From a virus (Duplodnaviria > Heunggongvirae > Uroviricota > Caudoviricetes), in IMG/VR virus record IMGVR_UViG_2713896799_000009, positions 1 through 37,500 of that record: a DNA stretch of 37,500 nt, one strand, 5' to 3'. A program made the translations under genes and the position numbers. Below are positions 20,480-29,418 of the stretch, in pieces. The notes below the pieces were generated by a model. That model did not search any database, was not told the DNA's origin, and worked only from the letters and a program-made list of their open reading frames with translations. The number at the start of each line of letters is the position of its first letter. Position 1 is the first letter of the stretch.

Positions 20480-20656
20480 CCGCTTTATCCAAATTGCATT
20501 GCCAGAATGCCGACAACAGACTGACATTCAAATCCTGACTACCTCCGATAGGCTGAGCATCCACCTATATAGTTTTAATTTTCATCAATCCATTTAACTA
20601 TCGTTTAATTGTTGTCACATAGGATTCTGCCGTTTTTAACAATGCAGGATAATAAG

Positions 20657-20950
20657 ATGAAAAAAATGTTGTTTTCTGCCGCTCTGGCAATGCTTATTAC
20701 AGGATGTGCTCAACAGACGTTTACTGTTGGAAACAAACCGACAGCAGTAACACCAAAGGAAACCATCACCCATCATTTCTTCGTTTCGGGAATTGGACAG
20801 GAGAAAACTGTTGATGCAGCCAAAATTTGTGGCGGCGCAGAAAATGTTGTTAAAACAGAAACCCAGCAAACATTCGTAAATGGATTTCTCGGTTTTATTA
20901 CTTTAGGCATTTATACTCCACTGGAAGCGCGTGTGTATTGCTCACAATAA
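20657..20950 (+). CDS. bor: Bor lipoprotein (serum-resistance protein)
   Basis: MKKMLFSAALAMLITGCAQQTFTV...EARVYCSQ is near-identical to lambda Bor; lipobox LITGC; opposite strand to the late genes as in lambda. Confidence 0.9.
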   Translation: MKKMLFSAALAMLITGCAQQTFTVGNKPTAVTPKETITHHFFVSGIGQEKTVDAAKICGGAENVVKTETQQTFVNGFLGFITLGIYTPLEARVYCSQ

Positions 20951-20981
20951 TTGCATGAGTTGCCCATCGATATGGGCAGCT

Positions 20982-21443
20982 CTATCTGCACTGCTCATTA
21001 ATATACTTCTGGGTTCCTTCCAGTTGTTTTTGCATAGTGATCAGCCTCTCTCTGAGGGTGAAATAATCCCGTTCAGCGGTGTCTGCCAGTCGGGGGCTGG
21101 TTGCATTATCCACGCCGGAGGCGGTGGTGGCTTCACGCACTGACTGACAGACTGCTTTGATGTGCAACCGACGACGACCAGCGGCAACATCAGCGCGCAG
21201 AGTTTCATTTTCAGCTTTCGCATTGGCTAATTCTCTCGAGTACTTTGCATCGAGTGCAGCAACATCACGCTGACGCTGCTGCATGTCAGCGATAGTGGCG
21301 ATCGCCTGCTTCAGCTCACTGACTTTTTTATCACGCTGTTCTTTGTAGGCGATGGCGTTATCACGGTAATGATTGACCGCCCACGACAGGCAGACGATGA
21401 TGCAGATAACCAAAGCATAAATAATCGCGGCGACTCTGCTCAC
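20982..21443 (-). CDS. Rz: Rz i-spanin
   Basis: Matches lambda Rz ([15 protein letters not shown]...[15 protein letters not shown]); start placed at the GTG at 21443, which overlaps the endolysin stop and gives MSRVAAII.... Confidence 0.85.
   Translation of the reverse strand: MSRVAAIIYALVICIIVCLSWAVNHYRDNAIAYKEQRDKKVSELKQAIATIADMQQRQRDVAALDAKYSRELANAKAENETLRADVAAGRRRLHIKAVCQSVREATTASGVDNATSPRLADTAERDYFTLRERLITMQKQLEGTQKYINEQCR
21041..21223 (-). CDS. Rz1: Rz1 o-spanin lipoprotein, embedded in Rz in another frame
   Basis: 60 aa; [30 protein letters not shown] is near-identical to lambda Rz1. Confidence 0.85.
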   Translation of the reverse strand: MRKLKMKLCALMLPLVVVGCTSKQSVSQCVKPPPPPAWIMQPAPDWQTPLNGIISPSERG

Positions 21444-21973
21444 TGCTCTATCCCCCAACAGGCTAATGCGCTTTCCTGGTCACGACGAATAACCTGTCCA
21501 TAGCAGTTATTTGAACGTATGCGGCAATCGCGCCCACCATCTTTTATCCACCAGCGAATCGCCTCGCATGCGCCCTTACGATCACCGGCATTCAGCCGCT
21601 TATAAAACGTCGACGGGAAACACTTACCGGGGCCAATGTTATAGGGACAGAATGACGCTATACCCGCTTTTTGTGGTTCGGTCAGTGGTACTTTAATATT
21701 GCGCTCCACCCATGCCAGCGCCTTATCACGCTCAATGGCGTTGACCTGGTCGCATTTTTCCTTCGACAGTTTCATACCGGGAAAAACGGGTTTTCCATCC
21801 ACCATCGTGGCACCCCGACAGATGGTCCAGATGCCGGACCCATCGCGGTATGCCGTTGTGTGGTTACCTTCTTTTTCATCCAGAAACTGGTCGAGAATAT
21901 CAGGCGCGGGCGCACCGACGGCAATCAGTGCCAGAACGGCAGCCGACAGGCCGTATCTGATTTTTGCGTTCAT
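21440..21973 (-). CDS. R: SAR endolysin (T4-lysozyme-like, glycoside hydrolase family 24)
   Basis: 177 aa; N-terminal signal-anchor-release segment [16 protein letters not shown] followed by a lysozyme-like domain; paired with the pinholin. Confidence 0.9.
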   Translation of the reverse strand: MNAKIRYGLSAAVLALIAVGAPAPDILDQFLDEKEGNHTTAYRDGSGIWTICRGATMVDGKPVFPGMKLSKEKCDQVNAIERDKALAWVERNIKVPLTEPQKAGIASFCPYNIGPGKCFPSTFYKRLNAGDRKGACEAIRWWIKDGGRDCRIRSNNCYGQVIRRDQESALACWGIEQ

Positions 21974-22036
21974 GGATATTTATCAGGATTTATCGGTTTC
22001 TGCCCACGGACAGGTTTATCTGTTCCGGTCAGTGAC

Positions 22037-22387
22037 TTAAGGTTGTGATTCCGGAGGAGTCTTCAGAGAACCAGTAATTCTTCCCGGTAGCTTTCCTTTG
22101 TAGGTTATCCATACATTCTGCGCCTCTAAAATTACGGGGCGCTTTTCCGGCGACTGCTCATCCCCTTCACATAACCCGGCAGCAACATCCAGGAAGACCT
22201 GTCTGATGCTCATTCTGGCTGCTGCCTCATAAAACTCCAGCGCGGCACCTTCAACACGGTCCAGCGAGATGTCCAGGTCAAAAATTTCACCGTCAAAGCG
22301 TTTTTTGTCCCGTAACGCTAAAGTTACCGTAACTTTATTCTCAAAATTGCGGATCCCTTTCACAATCAGTTCATAGTTTTGAGTCAT
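22037..22387 (-). CDS. Hypothetical protein between holin and endolysin (possibly DUF1327-like)
   Basis: 116 aa; GGAGAG ribosome-binding site; family recalled only weakly. Confidence 0.5.
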   Translation of the reverse strand: MTQNYELIVKGIRNFENKVTVTLALRDKKRFDGEIFDLDISLDRVEGAALEFYEAAARMSIRQVFLDVAAGLCEGDEQSPEKRPVILEAQNVWITYKGKLPGRITGSLKTPPESQP

Positions 22388-22391
22388 TGAA

Positions 22392-22607
22392 TTACTCTCC
22401 CCGTGCAGCCTTACGCTTGTCTTCTCTGATTTTGAAGTACAGATTTGTCAGATAAGTCAGGAAGCCCAGAACCAGACTCCCAAGTACACCAATCGCAGCC
22501 CACTGTGACGGACTGACCTGATCAAGCCACTGTAAAAACCAGTAGCCAGCACTGCCTGCGGAGGTGCCGTAGGCAATGCCCGTTGAAATTTTGTCCATGG
22601 ATTTCAT
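22392..22607 (-). CDS. S: Pinholin (phage 21 S21-like), dual-start motif
   Basis: 71 aa, [29 protein letters not shown]..., essentially the phage 21 S sequence; Met1 and Met4 give antiholin/holin starts. Confidence 0.9.
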   Translation of the reverse strand: MKSMDKISTGIAYGTSAGSAGYWFLQWLDQVSPSQWAAIGVLGSLVLGFLTYLTNLYFKIREDKRKAARGE

Positions 22608-22899
22608 AGCCTCACCTCCGCAAATAACGGATGGCGTAGTTTTACACTGAGAAATGAAAGGGATTTGAAAAGAAAAAACCGCAAAAGCGGGCGAAACGAT
22701 ATATACAGAAAGGAAAGCACTCTATCCAACAAACCACCCACAGTTGATCGGAATAAAAGCAGAGTGCTTATGAATGATCGCCTGCCCGAAGGTTAGTATT
22801 TCTGCACAGCAATTTTGCAAAAAAAGGCGATCATTCATAACTTAAACGTCTTTCAGTCACTCCGGGATTTCCCATCATCGCAGACTGAAAGACTCTGAC

Positions 22900-22974
<75 letters not shown>

Positions 22975-22977
22975 ATA

Positions 22978-23053
<76 letters not shown>

Positions 23054-23055
23054 AC

Positions 23056-23132
23056 TGGACCGCCACCGGGGACTCGAACCTCGCACACTCAACTTAAAGG
23101 GTTGACGCTCTTTCCTGATGAGCTAGTGGCGG
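23056..23132 (-). tRNA. tRNA-like element (anticodon-position TTT, Lys-like), possibly a pseudo-tRNA
   Basis: Acceptor CCGCCAC/GTGGCGG, T-loop TTCGAGT, encoded CCA; but C at position 33 and a mismatch in the T-stem. Confidence 0.35.
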
Positions 23133-23133
23133 T

Positions 23134-23209
23134 TGGTGGCCCTTGCTGGATTTGAACCAGCGACCTGGCGATTATGAGTCGCTCGCTCTCACCACTGAGC
23201 TAAAGGGCC
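23134..23209 (-). tRNA. ileZ: tRNA-Ile2 (CAT anticodon, ileX/ileZ-like; tools often label it tRNA-Met)
   Basis: GGCCCTTTAGCTCAGTGGTGAGAGC...CTCATAA...GGTTCAAATCCAGCAAGGGCCACCA is near-identical to E. coli tRNA-Ile2. Confidence 0.8.
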
Positions 23210-23329
23210 GGGCGCAGGATAATAACGTTACGAAATCAATGTTGCAAGCATTCAAAAATCACCTGGTTAAAAATCACCCTTATCTCCTCCACCAGCGCAT
23301 TCACCATGTCTATCCGAGATAAGTGACAC

Positions 23330-23353
23330 AAAAAAACCGCTTGATGCGGGTTT
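23330..23353 (-). terminator. Putative tR'-like terminator in the late leader region
   Basis: Minus strand AAACCCGCATCAAGCGG followed by seven T residues; lies upstream of the tRNA cluster. Short stem; the late promoter itself was not located. Confidence 0.35.
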
Positions 23354-23473
23354 AAGTTGTGTGGCGAAGCGACCACTCTTAACAGATTAAGATAGTTTTT
23401 GCGTACGCGTTAGTGATTTTTTCATAATTATCTGTATCCTGTGGCTATTTCTCTTGCGCAAAGGATGCTTTTG

Positions 23474-24352
23474 ATGACGCAGCAACTCGAAAACATGCCA
23501 ATAACAGAAATCGAAATTGCCTACGGTGGAGAGGCATACGCAGATAATCAGATCGACGCGAAAACATTAGGCGAAGCCTTAACCTCTCTTAGTGCCCTGA
23601 TTGAACACGCCGAAAAAATAATTAATGGCGAAACAGCAGAGCCGAAAGTCAACATCAAGGCAACAAAAGAAGGTTCATTTACTTTGCTTGTTGCTGTGAT
23701 GGGGAGCATAAAAACTATTAACGCCCTTGGCCTCGTTGCAGGTGGTGGAGTTGCCGCAGGTGGCGTACTCGGGATAATCGAATGGCTCAAAGGGCGTAAA
23801 ATCAGCTCCATTGTCGTCGATGAACAAAAAGATACAGCAGAAATCGAAGTGGATGGTGAGAAGGTTAAATGCAGTAACGACATTCAAAAATTAATAACCA
23901 GTCCAATCATCCGAAAAGAACTGGATAAATTAATCTATAAACCCCTGCAGACTGAAAAACCATCCACGTTCTCAGTTTCACAGCAGAAGCATAAGGTAGT
24001 CAGGGTGACGCAAGCTGAAGCAGTAAGTTTTAAAACTGCAAAATCCACCTTTGTCGAGAAAACGCACGTAACGACACGCCAAGCTAATGTACATTTTGCT
24101 AATGTTCGATTCAAGCAAGGCAAAAGCTGGGATATCATCCTGCCAAATGGCGAAGAAGTTAGCGCATCTATGAAAGATGAGGCTTTTCTTGAACGGGTTG
24201 AACACAACCAAGCAGCATTCTGTAAGGGTGATCTTTTTGTTGTAGAACTGACAGAAACAACAAAAGAAACAAATGGCGCGCTGTCTAAACCACGCTATAG
24301 TATTACTAAGGTTATACGCCACAGAGCGGCGGCAGATAGGAAACTACTTTAA
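23474..24352 (+). CDS. Hypothetical membrane-associated protein, first gene of a three-gene cargo cassette
   Basis: AAGGA seven nucleotides before the ATG (MTQQLENMPITEIEIAYGG...); about 292 aa; central hydrophobic, glycine-rich segment (LLVAVMGSIKTINALGLVAGGGVAAGGVLGII); no homologue recognised; GC noticeably lower than flanking phage genes. Confidence 0.6.
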   Translation: MTQQLENMPITEIEIAYGGEAYADNQIDAKTLGEALTSLSALIEHAEKIINGETAEPKVNIKATKEGSFTLLVAVMGSIKTINALGLVAGGGVAAGGVLGIIEWLKGRKISSIVVDEQKDTAEIEVDGEKVKCSNDIQKLITSPIIRKELDKLIYKPLQTEKPSTFSVSQQKHKVVRVTQAEAVSFKTAKSTFVEKTHVTTRQANVHFANVRFKQGKSWDIILPNGEEVSASMKDEAFLERVEHNQAAFCKGDLFVVELTETTKETNGALSKPRYSITKVIRHRAAADRKLL

Positions 24353-24355
24353 ATC

Positions 24356-24601
24356 ATGTCAATCCTAAGCATTATGCTTTACATCACTGTATTCATGGCT
24401 GTCGCAGCGACGGTCAGATATGCTGTGCTTAGGTTCTTGGTTTGGGTAAAGCCGAATGCGTATATTGAACTAACCTACACCGATCCTGAAGGCAGAACCG
24501 CTAAAAGGAAAGTCAGCGTTAGAAACGAAAATGACGCAGAAGAGTTGGCGCTACTGCTACGCGAACTCAAAACTCGCAACGAAGCAAGTGCAGGAAGGTG
24601 A
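24356..24601 (+). CDS. Hypothetical small membrane protein (81 aa), cassette gene 2
   Basis: N-terminal transmembrane helix (ILSIMLYITVFMAVAATV); starts 4 nt after gene 1; stop abuts the gene 3 ATG (TGAATG). Confidence 0.55.
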   Translation: MSILSIMLYITVFMAVAATVRYAVLRFLVWVKPNAYIELTYTDPEGRTAKRKVSVRNENDAEELALLLRELKTRNEASAGR

Positions 24602-24988
24602 ATGGCGAACACTAAATCCTACCTGGCAATGCAGGCATGGTTTACCACCCTTATCACTGCGGGATTGAATTTCCTTTTTGACTGGCTTCCTCAATTAGCC
24701 TTCTTCAAATCATTGGCGCCTGGAGCTGCTGTCGGCTTATCTCATGTGGTAATTCTTCTTATCGCTTACATAGGTTTGCCTACGCTTAATGATGTAAGAA
24801 TGAAAAGGGAAATAAAAACGGCCAGAAAATTCATCACGAACTGCCTGGCCAACCCTAACCTAACACCAGACCAAATTGCGCACTACAACCAATGTCTTAT
24901 CGATCTAGACAATAAGCTATTAAAAAACATAAATATTCGTATTGATGCTTTATCTGACGCCGAATCGAAAGCTCAAGCAAACGAGTAG
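24602..24988 (+). CDS. Hypothetical membrane protein (128 aa), cassette gene 3
   Basis: Two predicted transmembrane helices and a charged C-terminal tail; AGGAAGGTG ribosome-binding site. Confidence 0.55.
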   Translation: MANTKSYLAMQAWFTTLITAGLNFLFDWLPQLAFFKSLAPGAAVGLSHVVILLIAYIGLPTLNDVRMKREIKTARKFITNCLANPNLTPDQIAHYNQCLIDLDNKLLKNINIRIDALSDAESKAQANE

Positions 24989-25001
24989 TAACAGTCATAA
25001 C

Positions 25002-25352
25002 TTATGATAGAATCAAGCATATACATCCATCAATAAAGCCTAATGCAGTTTGCAGCTCCTTTCTTATAGTTCCATCTGAGCACCTGCGTTTCTTCGCGAT
25101 TGAGCGTAGAGAAACACCAATAACAAAGTGAGCTATGAGCAGCTCATATTCCTCTGGTTTATACTTTCGCAACCGAGCCACACAACCGTCTATCATGATG
25201 CCTTCATCATCATCACACTGGAGACGTGACTTTTTGCCATGTGGCAAAAGCCCCTTGAAGCCCGCTGCTATCGGTTGCCAATCGACACCGCTATTTTCTG
25301 CTGCAGCCCATGCCCCCCAGCGATCTAAAACCTCATACATATCACGCCCCAT
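25002..25352 (-). CDS. Q: Late-gene antiterminator Q (QuuD / phage 82-21 Q family)
   Basis: VLDRWGAWAA...WQPIAAGFKGLL...CDDDEGIMIDGCVARL matches the QuuD-type Q family; start uncertain (candidates at 25340, 25352, 25358), overlapping the RusA stop. Confidence 0.8.
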   Translation of the reverse strand: MGRDMYEVLDRWGAWAAAENSGVDWQPIAAGFKGLLPHGKKSRLQCDDDEGIMIDGCVARLRKYKPEEYELLIAHFVIGVSLRSIAKKRRCSDGTIRKELQTALGFIDGCICLILS

Positions 25353-25719
25353 TACCATCACCTCTGATTTCGCAAATCTTCACGCCCAGTCGCCCACCAG
25401 GAACGAGCTGACCGCGCACAATATTGATTTCATCAAACTGCTCGTCGTCTATGAGAAGCCCCGCATGCGTCAGTGCATCCAGCGGTGCTTTCAGGATATT
25501 GTCCAGGTCGCGACGACGCTTATCCGGTGGCTCTGCAATCACCTTTATCGCCAGCCTTCCGGACAGGTTTAATTTCAGCCGCTGCTGGCGAACAATTAGC
25601 GCCACATCACGGCGATAACGCTTTCCGGCCTCCGAGATGAAATACGTATTGCCATGACGTCGCCAGTAGGTATTCACCGTCGGCGGGTAAGGCAAAACAA
25701 ATTCTATGCGTTCAGTCAT
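25342..25719 (-). CDS. rusA: RusA Holliday junction resolvase
   Basis: 125 aa; MTERIEFVLPYPPTVNTYWRR... is characteristic of RusA; typical nin-region position before Q. Confidence 0.85.
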   Translation of the reverse strand: MTERIEFVLPYPPTVNTYWRRHGNTYFISEAGKRYRRDVALIVRQQRLKLNLSGRLAIKVIAEPPDKRRRDLDNILKAPLDALTHAGLLIDDEQFDEINIVRGQLVPGGRLGVKICEIRGDGNGA

Positions 25720-26778
25720 TCATGCTTTCCACTTCAGGACACCCGAATTTCTCGCGTGCATTAAAAAACGAATCAGCAACAACAGCTGGCTGCCGTGTTT
25801 TTCTTCAAAATCTTTTACCCCGGCGTGCAGTTCGTTATGACATTTACGGCACAGCGGAATAACAAACAAATCATCAGCCTTTGTTCCCATACCTCCCAGG
25901 CCATGACCAATGATGTGATGCGGATCATCTGCCTGATTACCGCACGTCATGCATTTCTGCGTTTTTACCCAGCGCGTGTATACAGGCATCTCTTCCCGTT
26001 GTGGTTTCTGGCGCTGGAGATACTGAGCCGGAGACTCCGGATCAACGGCGATGCTTACTAACGTCTTTTCCTGGAGTGGGGGCTGTTGCTGGTGGACGTG
26101 AAGTGGCAGCGCAATATTTTTTGTGCGCTGCTTCAGTATGCTGGTGGCAGTCTGTTCTCCCGGTACGATGTCACTCTCACGGTATACGGAGCGGATTTTT
26201 TCCACCGGTAATCCCAGTGAACGACACAATACAGACTCCGGAAGCGCATCAGCCACCTGATTGCAGACCGCCCACCAGGATAATTCGGCCAGCGATAACT
26301 CCCTCTCCTGCGTACCGCTGATTGCGTGACGGATGACGTCAATCATCCATGCTGACAAGTTTTGGTGAGCAAGTTGCTCAAGTGATTCTGAGGTCTGGTC
26401 ACGCAACTGGTTGTCGCAGTGCCAGCACAACACCATTGCGCCGGTACCATAACGGTGAATGACGGTTTCACTGTGGTGATAATCACCGTGTGGCCACTGG
26501 CAGGATTTAATATGGCGCAACAGCCAGTCAGACAGTGCACCAGCGCCGCCAGCAGCACGAATCACACGCTCATTGCTGAAAAATGGCAGTAATGATTTAT
26601 CCTCCGCCAGCGGCTGGCGAACGGCAGGGACGACTCCGGATGGCAGGCCGCACATGCTTTTCGGTTCCGGCTCCACCAGCACTCGAGGATTATGAAATAT
26701 CTGTATGGATTCACGGCCCGGCTTAAGGACCACCAGCCCAAGCTCAGGCACCAGAACAGGTCTAAGTAATACCCGCAC
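25720..26778 (-). CDS. YdfU-like protein (DUF968, C-terminal Cys/His zinc-binding motif)
   Basis: 352 aa; C-terminal CMTCGN...HHIIGHG...CRKCHNELH; in Qin, ydfU sits next to the Q gene and rem. Confidence 0.65.
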   Translation of the reverse strand: MRVLLRPVLVPELGLVVLKPGRESIQIFHNPRVLVEPEPKSMCGLPSGVVPAVRQPLAEDKSLLPFFSNERVIRAAGGAGALSDWLLRHIKSCQWPHGDYHHSETVIHRYGTGAMVLCWHCDNQLRDQTSESLEQLAHQNLSAWMIDVIRHAISGTQERELSLAELSWWAVCNQVADALPESVLCRSLGLPVEKIRSVYRESDIVPGEQTATSILKQRTKNIALPLHVHQQQPPLQEKTLVSIAVDPESPAQYLQRQKPQREEMPVYTRWVKTQKCMTCGNQADDPHHIIGHGLGGMGTKADDLFVIPLCRKCHNELHAGVKDFEEKHGSQLLLLIRFLMHARNSGVLKWKA

Positions 26779-26779
26779 G

Positions 26780-27052
26780 TTACCTCCAGATCCGTTGCTG
26801 GAAAGTGCGGGACGGACGTGGTGGGCGTTCGGAATAAGGCAGCCTGACAGAGATTATCCAGTGCCGATAGTCGAGACTGAGAGCTTTCTTAACCTCGAAC
26901 CCGCGCCTGCGGTAAGAATGAATCAGCCATTCGGCCTGTTCTTCAGTACATGGTGGGTGTTGGTACCAGTCGGTTTTAAATGCGTGTGAACGCCGCTCAT
27001 GCCGGATGGCAAGGTCGGTATCAGAATTGTGAAATTTGGTTTTGTGCGCCAT
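26780..27052 (-). CDS. Hypothetical protein (Rem-like by position)
   Basis: 90 aa ORF between the hok-like gene and the ydfU-like gene; sequence not recognised. Confidence 0.4.
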   Translation of the reverse strand: MAHKTKFHNSDTDLAIRHERRSHAFKTDWYQHPPCTEEQAEWLIHSYRRRGFEVKKALSLDYRHWIISVRLPYSERPPRPSRTFQQRIWR

Positions 27053-27124
27053 CTGTTTTCTCTGCTGGCGCAGCAGGTGTCAGGTGTTCAGGCTGACGTG
27101 CGAATTGTAAACCAGAATGCCAGG

Positions 27125-27151
27125 AAAAAACAAAACCCGCCGAAGCGGGTT
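27125..27151 (-). terminator. Rho-independent terminator downstream of hok
   Basis: Minus strand AACCCGCTTCGGCGGGTT followed by TTGTTTTTT. Confidence 0.6.
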
Positions 27152-27219
27152 AAGTGCGGGTGCGTTGAGGATGCCTGACACATCAGAGGTGGCGAGGGAT
27201 TTCTCCCCCGCCAGGTCTC

Positions 27220-27375
27220 TTACTCCTCAGGTTCGTAAGCTGTGAAGACAGCGACCTCCGTCTGGCCGGTTCGGATTCGTACCTCGCAGAGGTCTTTCCT
27301 CGTTACCAGTGCCGTCACTATGACGGTTAAACAGATGACGATCAGGGCGATTAACATCGCCTTTTGCTGCTTCAT
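27220..27375 (-). CDS. hokD: Hok/Gef-family type I toxin (HokD/RelF-like)
   Basis: MKQQKAMLIALIVICLTVIVTALVTRKDLCEVRIRTGQTEVAVFTAYEPEE matches RelF/HokD as recalled; an in-frame upstream extension to 27432 corresponds to a mok-like frame. Confidence 0.85.
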   Translation of the reverse strand: MKQQKAMLIALIVICLTVIVTALVTRKDLCEVRIRTGQTEVAVFTAYEPEE

Positions 27376-27999
27376 AGCCTGCTTCTCCTTGCCTTTCGGC
27401 ACGTAAGAGGCTAACCTAGATTTGCCGTTCATAGATTGAGCCTCAGATTAATGTTAAGCGTCTTGTAGGACGCGTAATGTTAACTGGGGCTTTTCTCTAT
27501 CTGCCTTTGGTGTTCATGCCTGAGACAGATAGCCTCAAGCACCCGCAGCCATTCTACTTAACTCCCGTTACCTCGCCAATATAAAATCAATCAGAAAGGC
27601 GATCCATAAGAACAACAGCAAGACAATAAATTGCCATTACAGCTGCAATAGCCAGCGCACATTTGAGAACCAGCACGACAACCTCCTGTATTGGACGTAC
27701 ACCAGTCCTGATAAATATGAGGCTGTCTCATCATTGATGAGATACAACTATTGGGTATAGTTTCTGTGATTTTGTTCTGTAGAAATGGAACACAACAACC
27801 AGTCACCACCAGCACTTCTTTAAATACGCCAAGTCCGACGCAAGCTAACCTTCTAGTCCGCTTTGAGCGAAAAGCAGACTGTCACGCGTTGAAGTTAATT
27901 GTATTACTTAGATAAACACTATCATTTTCCTGACGTTAAGTTGTATCTTTGATAGGATTAAAAAACGTATAGATAGCTTATGCTACTGAGGGAATAAAA

Positions 28000-28809
28000 A
28001 TGACGAAAATTAGTGAACGATGGAAGCACAATGGCATTACTGAAGGTTATTGCAATATTTGTGGGAAATATGGCTTGCTCACAAAAGATCATGTTCCTCC
28101 AAAGTGCGCCATAACCTTAGGCCCTGTTTTGCAGAAAACAGTTAGCGAATTTTTTGGTATTCAGGAACCAGTTAAACCATTAAATGCTAAAAATGGCTCT
28201 TATTTCAGAACCATTTGCAGCCACTGTAACAATAAGGTATTAGGTGGGCTCGATGTTGCAATTGAAAATGTAACAAAGTCCTTTAAAGAACAGTTAAGTC
28301 GATATATGAATGGTATGAATGTATATCCATTCATTAGAATACCTTTTGATAGCATATCTTTCACTAAGGCTATGATTGGGCACGTGCTATCAGCAACTTC
28401 AGTTGAAGATTGTAAAAAAGAACCCGTAGATAGCCCCTTCTATACACCTTTAAAGGATTATGTTTTGGGTAAAAATTCAAGTTTTGAGGAAACTCATGAT
28501 ATTTACTACTGGTTTTACCCACACAGAATGCACATATCCGCTCAAAGTGTAGCATTTATGAACGAAGGACATGTGGCATTTATTTGTGCTTTACATTTTT
28601 TTCCTATCGGTTTTATTATCACAATGAAAAATGAAGGAACATACCCTGCCCACTCTACAAAATTAGAACTTGAAGATAAATTCCTTACATTTAATATGAC
28701 CTCTATAAATTATGAGTATACGACATTTCCATTTGTAAATCTTAAGGGAAACCAAATGTATGCGATAAGCAACGGTCATACTTGTGTGAGTTATCCAATA
28801 ATTAAGTGA
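28000..28809 (+). CDS. Hypothetical protein with N-terminal HNH-like nuclease motif and an unrecognised C-terminal domain
   Basis: 269 aa; GAGGGAA ribosome-binding site; motif C-x2-C...DH-VPPK...N...C-x-H-C-N-N-K in the first 80 aa; about 190 aa of C-terminus without recognisable similarity; AT-rich gene and promoter region unlike the flanking DNA. Confidence 0.6.
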   Translation: MTKISERWKHNGITEGYCNICGKYGLLTKDHVPPKCAITLGPVLQKTVSEFFGIQEPVKPLNAKNGSYFRTICSHCNNKVLGGLDVAIENVTKSFKEQLSRYMNGMNVYPFIRIPFDSISFTKAMIGHVLSATSVEDCKKEPVDSPFYTPLKDYVLGKNSSFEETHDIYYWFYPHRMHISAQSVAFMNEGHVAFICALHFFPIGFIITMKNEGTYPAHSTKLELEDKFLTFNMTSINYEYTTFPFVNLKGNQMYAISNGHTCVSYPIIK

Positions 28810-28955
28810 CGGCTAAATCATACAATCTACGCATGTTCACTTTCTACATATACCATCTATAATGTCCGCTGTTGGCACAAAGCGGACAACCACGCTAGCT
28901 CTACCCTGTGCCACAAAATGTCAATTTGCATCTGAACTAATGCACTTTAATCTCG

Positions 28956-29378
28956 TCACTTCAATAAATACCGAACATCACCCTGATAAAACGACAATAT
29001 GCGCTGCATAACTTCACTCTTCCGGCACTCGCGACAGATTATGTTCTGACGCCTGTCGTAGCGACGTATTTCTCCGTCAGGTAATGACCAGATAAGGTCC
29101 GGATCAACCGCAGATGGTTTCTTCAGCTTTGCCCTTGAGAGCTTTTTACGGGCATTTTGCCAGTCCTTACGCGCCTGTTCAGACGGGAATAACCCGTAAC
29201 CAGAGTTGTATACATCGCCGCTGGCAACCAGCTCTCTTGCGAGAACGCTCATCAGATATCTTGTCGCACCTGTCTTGACTTCCAGTTGCCGTAACGTCTC
29301 ACGCCCACTCTGGCGTACGAGTTCAACAACCTGTCCTTTAATTTTTTCCCGCTCTTCTTGTGTAAAAACTTTTGCCAC
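28956..29378 (-). CDS. Hypothetical replication-region protein
   Basis: 140 aa, basic, with C-terminal CRECRK motif; directly downstream of the O-like gene; not recognised. Confidence 0.45.
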   Translation of the reverse strand: MAKVFTQEEREKIKGQVVELVRQSGRETLRQLEVKTGATRYLMSVLARELVASGDVYNSGYGLFPSEQARKDWQNARKKLSRAKLKKPSAVDPDLIWSLPDGEIRRYDRRQNIICRECRKSEVMQRILSFYQGDVRYLLK

Positions 29379-29418
29379 AAGCCCTCCTGAAAATTACCTC
29401 ATGACCAGAAATTAACAC

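Noticed and set aside
27591-27815. 74-aa minus-strand ORF upstream of hok
   Set aside because: Cys-rich low-complexity translation with no ribosome-binding site, in the expected hok leader and cargo promoter region; also no RelE/RelB-like sequence here, so I did not call relBE.
28370-28555. 61-aa minus-strand ORF inside the HNH-motif cargo gene
   Set aside because: Antisense to the better-supported 269-aa plus-strand ORF, which has a ribosome-binding site and coherent motifs.
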